Assembly: GCA_964370815.1 (NCBI GenBank)
Contig: CAYJKQ010000001.1
Coordinates: forward strand, 285,812 to 317,811
DNA length: 32,000 bases
Origin: an uncultured Anaerolineaceae bacterium
Lineage (GTDB): Bacteria; Chloroflexota; Anaerolineae; Anaerolineales; Villigracilaceae
Reading direction: 5' to 3'
In this document: positions 9,711 through 17,509 of the stretch, one piece after another
How positions within the stretch are numbered: the first letter of the stretch is position 1
Layout: every line of letters begins with the position of its first letter
Made by a program: the position numbers and the translations under genes
Notes under the pieces: generated by a model
What the model saw: only the letters and a program-made list of their open reading frames with translations
Databases searched by the model: none
Told to the model about the DNA's origin: nothing

Positions 9711-10490
9711 CTAATCCCATTTGATCAATCGAAATTTTTCCTCATAACGAGGATGGTTTTCAGTGCTCCCGGATGTTCTCCATTTACGAATTCTTTCGGT
9801 GAATTTAATTGGATCACCAATTTGACTTTTATGTTCTAACAATGCCCTCAATTTAATATCCCAAGTATCCGTTACATCAATGGTAATATCAGGATTACTG
9901 GTCAGTGATATCCACACTTCTTTCGGAGAATGGGGTTGTAATCCTTCTTCCTTTAATAATTCGGGGAAATAATGGATATTTCCAGCGGCAGGAAATACTG
10001 CATCTAAAACTACCTGGCCAGCATAGCGATGATCTGCATGATTTAGCCGGTAGGAACCACTTGGAAACAAATTCGTTGGATCGCAAGTTACGAGAATATC
10101 CGGTTTTTTCTGTCGGATGACCCGAACTATACTTCGACGCAATTCTATACTCGGAAGTATATATCCATCTGGTAAGTCGAGAAATTGTACTGAAGTCACA
10201 CCGATGACAGAGGCTGCTGCGTGTTGTTCTTCATGCCGAATTTTGCATATCTGATCCGAAGATAATTCTGGATCATTAGATCCCTTATCCCCACAGGTTA
10301 GCAGACAATAATGAATCTCGTGCCCTTGTTTTACCCACCTTGCTAAAGTAGCACCGCAGAAAAACTCAGGATCATCCGGATGCGCAAGAATGACAAGAAT
10401 TTTTTTATGTGCATCCCAATTTCCCAACTCTTGAGGATCCTGAGTCTTATTTGTTAATGGGGTCTGTTTTTCCACAATTGCAGTCACCAT
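9711..10490 (-). CDS. PIG-L/LmbE-family N-acetylglucosaminyl deacetylase
   Basis: Contains ILVILAHPDDPEF and HADH motifs, the PIG-L zinc-binding signature. The start is uncertain: ATG 10490 overlaps the upstream gene by 44 nt, TTG 10427 lies 19 nt after its stop, and the track start 10541 is unlikely. Confidence 0.7.
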   Translation of the reverse strand: MVTAIVEKQTPLTNKTQDPQELGNWDAHKKILVILAHPDDPEFFCGATLARWVKQGHEIHYCLLTCGDKGSNDPELSSDQICKIRHEEQHAAASVIGVTSVQFLDLPDGYILPSIELRRSIVRVIRQKKPDILVTCDPTNLFPSGSYRLNHADHRYAGQVVLDAVFPAAGNIHYFPELLKEEGLQPHSPKEVWISLTSNPDITIDVTDTWDIKLRALLEHKSQIGDPIKFTERIRKWRTSGSTENHPRYEEKFRLIKWD

Positions 10491-11355
10491 CTCCGTTCTG
10501 ACAAGATTCCTGGGATTTCCGACGTAAAGCCTCAAGTTCATCCCATGGTTCTAATTCATCACTAGAAAATTCAATTCTACCTATTTCAGGTAATTCAACA
10601 ACGATAACCTTTGTAATAAGGTTAATATAAGAAACCTTCCCTTCTCCTTTTGGTGTCATAACACGTTTGCCACGTTTGGGTAATTCTTTGCGTGCAGCCA
10701 GATAATTTTCATATTCATAATAAAGGCAGCACCGTAATCGCCCACACATACCTGTGATCTCTGCAGGAGTTAGAGAGATTCCTTGTTCCTTGGCCATCTT
10801 TATTGAAATAGGGCTAAAATCAGTTAGGAATTTGGAACAACAGCGTTTTTCAAGTCCACAAGCTCCCATTCCACCAAGAATTTTGGCAACATCCCTCGGA
10901 CCAATTTGACGCAATTCAACTTGCGAACCCGGATACAGTTTACCCATATCCTGGCGCAATGATTTTAATTCAACCTTTTCCTCAGTTTCACAATTATACA
11001 TAAAGGTAAGTCTTGAACCGTCAAAATTAAATTCAGCAGCAATTATTTTAACTCCGCGTAACCTTAATTGAGCAGATCTTTCTCGGCAATTAATTAAGGC
11101 TTCTATTTCTTTGTTCTGCCAGGATTTTCTAAGAATCAAGTCACGGGTAGTCGCGCGCCTTTCAACTTGTTTCCACTTGCCGTCATTTGGATGGGATGGA
11201 TTTGCCACCAATTGAGTTACTTCTCCCAGTTGATGACCACGAGTTGTATCAACAATTACTCTATCCCCGACTTGGATACCTTCTACTAGAGACGCATCAA
11301 AATGATAAACTTTGCCAATTTCTTGGAAACGAACTCCAACGATTATAGGTTGCAT
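10447..11355 (-). CDS. PSP1-domain protein (RicT/YaaT-like)
   Basis: From the ATG at 11355 the protein reads MQPIIVGVRFQEIGKVYHFD..., the typical PSP1 N-terminus. The conserved GMCGRLRCCLYYEY segment is present, and the C-terminal tail is Cys-rich (CQNGDGDCNCG). The 24-aa track extension would overlap mrp. Confidence 0.8.
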   Translation of the reverse strand: MQPIIVGVRFQEIGKVYHFDASLVEGIQVGDRVIVDTTRGHQLGEVTQLVANPSHPNDGKWKQVERRATTRDLILRKSWQNKEIEALINCRERSAQLRLRGVKIIAAEFNFDGSRLTFMYNCETEEKVELKSLRQDMGKLYPGSQVELRQIGPRDVAKILGGMGACGLEKRCCSKFLTDFSPISIKMAKEQGISLTPAEITGMCGRLRCCLYYEYENYLAARKELPKRGKRVMTPKGEGKVSYINLITKVIVVELPEIGRIEFSSDELEPWDELEALRRKSQESCQNGDGDCNCGKTDPINK

Positions 11356-11383
11356 AAAAAGGATTATATCCTTACTGAAGTTA

Positions 11384-12430
11384 TTAAATAATATTGATTT
11401 CAGGTATAGATTTATTATAAGCAGCAATACTGATTTTTGCGGCCACCTGTTCAGTAATAGCCTGGAGCGCTCTTGCTGCTTCTGAACCAGGATTGGATGT
11501 CACAACTGGCTCCCCGGTGTCTCCTCCGATTCGCACATCTGATTCCATTGGTACAGCACCAAGGAATGGGACTTTGGCGATATTCGCCATATCTTCCCCA
11601 CCTCCACTGCCAAATATCTCTCCGCGCATATTCTCGATGACCCCCAGAATCGGAACTTCAAGTGTTCTAAACATCTCAAGACCACGACTGGCATCTTCCA
11701 GGGATACACTCTGTGGTATTGTCACGATAACCACACCGCTTAATGGTAAAGCTTGAGCAAGGCTAAGTGGAACATCTCCGGTTCCTGGAGGTAGATCTAC
11801 GATCAGGTAATCCAGCTCACCCCACTCGACATCACTTATGAATTGCCGTAGGGCAGAAACAAGCATCGGTCCACGCCAAATTAAAGGTTGTCCAGGTTTT
11901 ACCAGGAAACCCATGGACATAATTTTTACACCATACGATTCTGCTGGAACAAGCTTGCTATCTTGTGGAGCAGGCATGTGATTAATACCCATCATGGTTG
12001 GAATATTTGGACCATAGATATCAGCATCCAATAAACCCACACGGGCACCACTTTGAGCTAATGTTATTGCCATGTTAACTGCTATTGTGCTTTTTCCAAC
12101 TCCACCTTTTCCGGATGCAACAGCTATTACATTGCGTATAGGGACTTTTAAAAGACCTCTATCCCGACCATCATTGGGCACATTGGAATCCATTTTAATA
12201 ATTATAGTTTTCACATTTGGAATTGCCTGTACAGCTGTGCGGGCTTGTTTCTCGATTAAACCTTTTAATGGGCAGGCTGGAGTTGTCAGTATTATCGAGA
12301 AAGATACAGTATTATCCTTGATCTCCAAATTTTGGATCATGTTTAAAGCTACCAGATCTTTATGCAGTTCTGGTTCCTGAACTTTTGATAGAGCAGCAAG
12401 AACACTATCCTTGCTGATAAAATTAGTCAT
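11384..12430 (-). CDS. Mrp/NBP35/ApbC-family P-loop ATPase with N-terminal DUF59 domain (lacks the CxxC loop)
   Basis: Has the DUF59-type TTPACP motif, a deviant Walker A (ASGKGGVGKST) and DLPPGTGD. AAAGGAG lies 5 nt upstream of the ATG at 12430. See the finding on the missing CxxC. Confidence 0.85.
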   Translation of the reverse strand: MTNFISKDSVLAALSKVQEPELHKDLVALNMIQNLEIKDNTVSFSIILTTPACPLKGLIEKQARTAVQAIPNVKTIIIKMDSNVPNDGRDRGLLKVPIRNVIAVASGKGGVGKSTIAVNMAITLAQSGARVGLLDADIYGPNIPTMMGINHMPAPQDSKLVPAESYGVKIMSMGFLVKPGQPLIWRGPMLVSALRQFISDVEWGELDYLIVDLPPGTGDVPLSLAQALPLSGVVIVTIPQSVSLEDASRGLEMFRTLEVPILGVIENMRGEIFGSGGGEDMANIAKVPFLGAVPMESDVRIGGDTGEPVVTSNPGSEAARALQAITEQVAAKISIAAYNKSIPEINII

Positions 12431-12658
12431 TGTTCTCCTTTATATTCCAAATAATCTTTAACTTCAATTCTTGCAGCATCAATAAATCCACCAATTCTTT
12501 TTATCAATAATTGCCATCGCTCTCCACTCATATTAATTAATCATGGAATAATTTCAGCTGAAAAAAGTAATTCGGTTTAGCACTTATTCAAATTAGTAAA
12601 TGACAGATAGATGGCTGTTTACAAACAACCTAATTTCAAATAATGATTGGTTTCTGCC

Positions 12659-13261
12659 TTATTCGGTCTTTGCAACAACTAAAGCTCGTGCTGCTTGTTT
12701 AGACTCACGTGCTTGATTTTCTTTTGTAGCATTGATTGGTCGAATTTCCTTATAGTAGTTAGCTGATTTTGAAAGGGTATGCAGGTTCATAATATTGCGG
12801 GAATAAGAAGCCAATTCATATGCATGATCCATCTTAATGGCATCGAATGGGCAATATTCTGCACATAAACCACAATTCATGCAGATATCTGCATCAATAT
12901 AAAATTCTGCAGGGTCGGGGATGGGGCGACCTGTAGCTGGATTTGTTGAGCGTATGATCCAAATGCATTGTGGTGGACAGACTTTGGCACAAATTCCACA
13001 ACTTGTGCAACGTGTGATATGTTCTCCATTTTCACTTTCATCATATACCAGGAAAGGTAAAAAACGAAATTCTTCTGGAGAGGGTAATTTTTCCTCTGGA
13101 TATTGAATTGTGAATATACCTTTTGCATCTTTGCTTGAGCGGTGAGCAATACCTTCAACTTTATAATAACGTTTACCCATCCAGCGGATATCATCCACGT
13201 AAGTTTCGATATAACGTTTTATTGTAACACCTAATCCTTTTAGTATTCCTTTTCCGTACAT
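12659..13261 (-). CDS. nuoI: NADH-quinone oxidoreductase subunit I (2x[4Fe-4S] ferredoxin-type)
   Basis: Two CxxCxxCxxxCP motifs (CTSCGICAKVCPP and CMNCGLCAEYCPF) in NuoI-like spacing. It follows nuoCD after a 9-nt gap, with AGGAG overlapping the nuoCD stop. Confidence 0.85.
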   Translation of the reverse strand: MYGKGILKGLGVTIKRYIETYVDDIRWMGKRYYKVEGIAHRSSKDAKGIFTIQYPEEKLPSPEEFRFLPFLVYDESENGEHITRCTSCGICAKVCPPQCIWIIRSTNPATGRPIPDPAEFYIDADICMNCGLCAEYCPFDAIKMDHAYELASYSRNIMNLHTLSKSANYYKEIRPINATKENQARESKQAARALVVAKTE

Positions 13262-13270
13262 GCTCTTCTC

Positions 13271-15013
13271 CTACCGATCAACTTCACCAAGAACAATATC
13301 AATAGAACCAAGAATAGCAACGATATCCGCAATTTTTTGCCCAATGCACATATGGCCATAAGGGGTCAAATTAATAAATGACGGTGCCCGCACATGATAT
13401 CGCCATGGATTGGGTCTTCCGGATGAAATGATATAAAATCCAAGTTCTCCTTTTGGGCTTTCAACTCTGCCGTAGGATTCTCCAGCTGGAACACGAACTT
13501 GGTATTGAGGTTTACCGGTTTGAATCTCGCCTTGTGGTAACCCTTTTATGGCTTGTTGAACGATGCGAATACTTTGGCGCATTTCATCGAGGCGAACCAT
13601 ATAACGGTCGAAAATATCACCATTTTGACGGACGACGATGTCAAAATCGAAGCGATCATAGATACTATATGGATCAGCTCTGCGGATATCATATGGCACA
13701 CCTGATGCACGTAAAAGTGGACCGGTCGCTGAATATCTGATCGCATCTTCAGCTGATAAAATACCTTGGCCAACTCCACGAGAACGTATGATCTCATTAT
13801 CGCTCATGAATCTGTCGATCTCGTCGACTTTCTTGGGTAATCTTTCAAATACAAGACCTTTTATCTTTTCGAGGGTACCTTCAGGTAAGTCGCGAGCGAC
13901 ACCACCAAACCGGAAGTAGTTGCACATCATCCTTGAACCGGTAACAGCTTCAAAGATATCCAGGATCAGCTCTCGCTCTTCAAGTAAATAAATCAATGGC
14001 GTGAAAAAGGTTCCCAGGTCGTTAAATAGTGCACCGAGTGCCATGCAGTGGTTGGTGATCCGGTTGAGTTCAGCCATAATCACCCGGATATATTCAGCCC
14101 TTTCAGGAACTTCAATGTTCATCAATTTTTCTACTGCTAAAGCATATCCAAAATTATTACTTAAAGATGATAAGTAGTCCAGACGATCAGTGTAAGGCAT
14201 GTTTTGCAGGAATGTATTTCGTTCACCTATTTTTTCATGGTTCCGATGCAAATATCCCATTACTGGTTTGAGATTAGCGATGATCTCCCCATCCAGAACA
14301 GCGGAGACTCGAAATACACCATGAGTGGATGGATGCTGAGGACCCAGGTTGACCACGATATTATCGCTTTTAATTCCATCCTTGCTTGTATATTCGTACT
14401 TTGCTAAAGCCCCATAAAGAGCGTCCTCCCCTTCAGGAATCCACTTTTCGGGATCAAAATCGGTTGGGTAAACAATATTATCGCTGAACACATTATTTTC
14501 TTCAGCTTGAATTATTTTCCCATCAGGCCATCTTGATTTGAAGGGTTTGCTTTCCTCTTCGAAATAAGCTTCTTTCCAATCTTTTCGCAAAGGATGCCCT
14601 GAAAAACCTTCCCACATAAGAATTCGGCGCAGATCTGGATGTCCAGTAAAAATAATTCCGTAAAGATCCCAAATTTCACGCTCTTGAAGTTCAACACCCG
14701 GAAATACAGAAACAAGGGAAGGAACTTCTATGGGATCCAGGCGCGGGATCTGAACCTTAAAATTCAGAACTGGACCTCCAGTTGTTTTTAACGCATGATA
14801 AACAACTTCCATTATTTGATCTGGGAGGTAGTCTACGCCTGTGACAGATGTAAGAAGATCGTATCCAAAATCATCCCGTAGTTTTGTAGCAAATTCGACT
14901 AGATGATCTTTTTCGATAACCCAGCCAGAATAACCTGGACGGGTATCTGCAACTACATGTGTAGGAAATATTTTGGTGAAATCTAGTATTTCAACGGGTG
15001 CAGGTGTAGTCAT
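13271..15013 (-). CDS. nuoCD: NADH-quinone oxidoreductase fused subunit C/D
   Basis: 580 aa. The N-terminal NuoC part contains ERE.WD..G and HPLRKDW. The NuoD part contains [12 protein letters not shown] and ends DIVLGEVDR. No NiFe-ligating Cys pairs are present. Confidence 0.9.
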   Translation of the reverse strand: MTTPAPVEILDFTKIFPTHVVADTRPGYSGWVIEKDHLVEFATKLRDDFGYDLLTSVTGVDYLPDQIMEVVYHALKTTGGPVLNFKVQIPRLDPIEVPSLVSVFPGVELQEREIWDLYGIIFTGHPDLRRILMWEGFSGHPLRKDWKEAYFEEESKPFKSRWPDGKIIQAEENNVFSDNIVYPTDFDPEKWIPEGEDALYGALAKYEYTSKDGIKSDNIVVNLGPQHPSTHGVFRVSAVLDGEIIANLKPVMGYLHRNHEKIGERNTFLQNMPYTDRLDYLSSLSNNFGYALAVEKLMNIEVPERAEYIRVIMAELNRITNHCMALGALFNDLGTFFTPLIYLLEERELILDIFEAVTGSRMMCNYFRFGGVARDLPEGTLEKIKGLVFERLPKKVDEIDRFMSDNEIIRSRGVGQGILSAEDAIRYSATGPLLRASGVPYDIRRADPYSIYDRFDFDIVVRQNGDIFDRYMVRLDEMRQSIRIVQQAIKGLPQGEIQTGKPQYQVRVPAGESYGRVESPKGELGFYIISSGRPNPWRYHVRAPSFINLTPYGHMCIGQKIADIVAILGSIDIVLGEVDR

Positions 15014-15639
15014 GAAAGGTTCTCCTGTGCCTCGTGATTTCTGATAAGAGGAATTTTGCGCGGATCGATAAGATCTGGGCCAAGAATGGGAACTGGTATG
15101 GATACTTGATCCTCACCCTTTTGGTACCATCTAACTGATTTTAGGGATTGTTTGCTAATTTTTTCTTGTAGTTTGATCAATCCGTGGATCAAAGCCTGTG
15201 GTGTGGGGGGGCAACCAGGGATGTAAACATCTACAGGAATATATCGATCGATACCAGAAACAACATTGTAGCCCTCTTTAAATGGTCCACCTCCTGAAGC
15301 ACAAGCACCCATAGCAATAACGTATTTCGGTTCAGGCATCTGATTATATAACCGCACGATGGTCGGCATCATCTTCTTGGTTACCGTGCCAGAGACGAGC
15401 ATCAGATCACTTTGACGGGGACTGGGGCGTGTAACTTCCATCCCAAATCGGGAAAGGTCAAATCGACTGGCTTGGGCACAAATATACTCGATACCACAAC
15501 ATGCAAGTGCGAACATTAACGGCCAGACCGATGCACTGCGTCCCCAGTTGTAAATTTTATCGAGAGTTGTAATTGCTACCTGTCCCTCAATCTCATCAGG
15601 GATTTCGTAACCGGGTGTATTGATATCTTTTACATCCAT
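15010..15639 (-). CDS. nuoB: NADH-quinone oxidoreductase subunit B (cluster N2)
   Basis: [18 protein letters not shown] and IPGCPP provide the four N2 cysteines. AGGAG lies 8 nt upstream of the ATG at 15639. There is an ATGA start/stop overlap with nuoCD. Confidence 0.9.
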   Translation of the reverse strand: MDVKDINTPGYEIPDEIEGQVAITTLDKIYNWGRSASVWPLMFALACCGIEYICAQASRFDLSRFGMEVTRPSPRQSDLMLVSGTVTKKMMPTIVRLYNQMPEPKYVIAMGACASGGGPFKEGYNVVSGIDRYIPVDVYIPGCPPTPQALIHGLIKLQEKISKQSLKSVRWYQKGEDQVSIPVPILGPDLIDPRKIPLIRNHEAQENLS

Positions 15640-15683
15640 CCTGCAGTCTCCTAAGAATAACTGGATTTAAAACTCAAATTAGG

Positions 15684-15712
15684 ATTATAGTTTATTGACT
15701 AAGACGTGTCAA
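15684..15712 (-). promoter_or_regulatory. Consensus sigma70-type promoter for nuoB-nuoCD-nuoI
   Basis: The minus strand reads TTGACA (15712-15707), a 17-nt spacer, then TATAAT (15689-15684). Both hexamers match the consensus exactly. The predicted TSS is about 38 nt upstream of the nuoB ATG. Confidence 0.7.
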
Positions 15713-15746
15713 TTGAATTATGCAAATATATATTTGCATAATTCAA
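15713..15746. promoter_or_regulatory. Perfect 34-bp palindrome (candidate operator) in the nuoB / regulator divergent region
   Basis: TTGAATTATGCAAATAT|ATATTTGCATAATTCAA is a perfect 17+17 inverted repeat. It abuts the nuoB -35 hexamer on one side and contains the -35 of the regulator promoter on the other. Confidence 0.75.
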
Positions 15747-15761
15747 GAAAATGACTATAAT
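15734..15761 (+). promoter_or_regulatory. Candidate sigma70-type promoter for the divergent regulator
   Basis: TTGCAT (15734-15739), a 16-nt spacer, then TATAAT (15756-15761). The -35 lies inside the right arm of the palindrome. The predicted TSS near 15768 leaves only about 9 nt of leader before the ATG at 15777. Confidence 0.55.
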
Positions 15762-15776
15762 ATGATAGATGACACT

Positions 15777-16388
15777 ATGAAAAAAACATCCCGACAAAAA
15801 GTTTTGGAATTTGTCCGAAAACAACAACTAGTAACTGTTTCAGAGCTCAATCAATTCCTGAATATGACACCGGCGAATATTAGGCATCATATCTCGGTTC
15901 TCAAAGCGGATGGATTAGTTGAAAGAATTGACTCACGCAAAAAAATTGGAAGGGGGCGACCGGAAGCAGTTTATGCGGTAAGCAGAGTTTTCAAAGAAGA
16001 TGGTCTTGAAACACTTATTGAAGGAATATTTAAAATATGGTTTTCTACTATTTCCCATGATGAGTTAAGCCGAAAAATGCAGGCGATCGCCATGTATTTG
16101 GTGGGGAATGGAGTAGATGTTGGAAAATACACATTCAACAGGAAACTGACAATTTGTATGACCTACTTGAATGACCTTCACTATAAAGCTAAATGGGAAG
16201 CCAGTCCATCTGGACCACGGATAAACTTTGGGAATTGTCCTTACCGAAAGATAATTAAACATCACCCTGAGCTTTGCTTGATGGACAAATTCATGTTAGA
16301 AGAATTGGTGGGGATAAAAATATCTCAGGTGTCGAAGCTTGAACGAGATGATAGAGGCATATTGTATTGTAGTTTTGTCGGGCACTAA
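15777..16388 (+). CDS. Winged-helix (ArsR/SufR-like) transcriptional regulator with C-terminal Cys motif
   Basis: From the ATG at 15777: MKKTSRQKVLEFVRKQQLVTVSELNQFLNMTPANIRHHISVLKADGLVERI..GRGRP, a wHTH. The C-terminal part carries NCPYRKIIKHHPELC...YCSF (C-x12-C-x30-C). The track start at 15720 lies upstream of the predicted promoter -10. Confidence 0.7.
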   Translation: MKKTSRQKVLEFVRKQQLVTVSELNQFLNMTPANIRHHISVLKADGLVERIDSRKKIGRGRPEAVYAVSRVFKEDGLETLIEGIFKIWFSTISHDELSRKMQAIAMYLVGNGVDVGKYTFNRKLTICMTYLNDLHYKAKWEASPSGPRINFGNCPYRKIIKHHPELCLMDKFMLEELVGIKISQVSKLERDDRGILYCSFVGH

Positions 16389-17509
16389 GGAACAATGCCT
16401 TTCCCAAGATATACACCAATACCCCCATTATTAAATCGGATGGACGTGTCCAATTTGATTCCAATTTGAGACAATAATTTCAAATCAGAACATAGTATTG
16501 AAATATTCCAATTCTTGCAATGAGTACGGGCAACATTACCCAATTGCGCATAGAGATTCCGTAGATCTTTGTTCGAATTTACCCGAAATCCATATGGAGG
16601 ATTTGTCACTAGAAAACCTGGCTTAGGAGGAGGCGAAATTGAAGATATGGCCTCACATTTAAATTCTATTAAATCTCCAACTCCGGCTCGCATGGCATTG
16701 GCTTTTGATATTTCTATTGCCCCGGCATCCCTGTCAGAAGCCTGGATTATCGGTATTTTGTTTATCGTTTTAGTTTGAATAGTAGCTAGCAAATCCTCCC
16801 AAATCAATTTATCATAATTGGGCCATAACATAAAAGCAAATTTCCGGTGTAAACCAGGAGGGATGCACTTCGCTAATAAAGCTGCCTCAATTGGAATAGT
16901 CCCAGACCCACAAAAAGGATCAAGCAGGGGATCAATTTTATTCCATTCCGATGCCAATATGACTGCTGCTGCAAGTGTTTCTCGTATTGGGGCTTTGCCT
17001 GTCGCAAATCGATAACCTCTACGGTGAAGCAAATCTCCTGAAGAATCTATACTTATCGTGCAATCATCATTTATTAACCTGACGACAATTAATTGATGCA
17101 GGTTATCATCTTCCATCTCATTTGGTTTATAGTTAATGGAAACTGATCCAAGCCTGTCGCTTATTGCACCTACAACCCTTTCTATAACTCCATCGGAATG
17201 ATAAAGACGTGATTTATGGCAAGATGCTCGCATTGAAATGGGTTGCCCAGGGAAAATGAATTTCTCCCAAGGTAACCGGCTTGCTTTTTTCCGTAACTCT
17301 GAAAATGCAGACGCATGGAAATTACCAAGTCGAACCAGTATTCGACTGACAGTTCTCAAATTAAGGTTGGATCGATAAATTGCCTTCAGATCACCAGTGT
17401 ATAAAATACCACCATTCTCTTTTTTCCCTGTATTTATACCCAATCCTATCAATTCATTTATTGCAATATATTCAAGCCCAGGTGTTACTACCGCAAAGAG
17501 ATCATCCAT
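16385..17509 (-). CDS. THUMP-domain class I SAM-dependent RNA methyltransferase (RlmL/YpsC-like)
   Basis: The N-terminal THUMP-like region is followed by DPFCGSGT (SAM binding) and NPPYG (catalytic) motifs. The start overlaps the ygiQ stop by 8 nt (ATGGATGA). Confidence 0.8.
   Translation of the reverse strand: MDDLFAVVTPGLEYIAINELIGLGINTGKKENGGILYTGDLKAIYRSNLNLRTVSRILVRLGNFHASAFSELRKKASRLPWEKFIFPGQPISMRASCHKSRLYHSDGVIERVVGAISDRLGSVSINYKPNEMEDDNLHQLIVVRLINDDCTISIDSSGDLLHRRGYRFATGKAPIRETLAAAVILASEWNKIDPLLDPFCGSGTIPIEAALLAKCIPPGLHRKFAFMLWPNYDKLIWEDLLATIQTKTINKIPIIQASDRDAGAIEISKANAMRAGVGDLIEFKCEAISSISPPPKPGFLVTNPPYGFRVNSNKDLRNLYAQLGNVARTHCKNWNISILCSDLKLLSQIGIKLDTSIRFNNGGIGVYLGKGIVP

Noticed and set aside
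12877-13194. 105-aa same-strand alternative-frame ORF inside nuoI
   Set aside because: The nuoI frame carries both 4Fe-4S motifs, while the alternative frame has no features. This is a frame artefact.
13271-15013. Possibility that NuoCD is a disguised [NiFe]-hydrogenase large subunit served by the nearby hyp genes
   Set aside because: The NuoD part has [10 protein letters not shown] instead of the N-terminal RxCGxC motif, and DIVLGEVDR instead of the C-terminal DPCxxC motif. There are no Ni-ligating cysteines.
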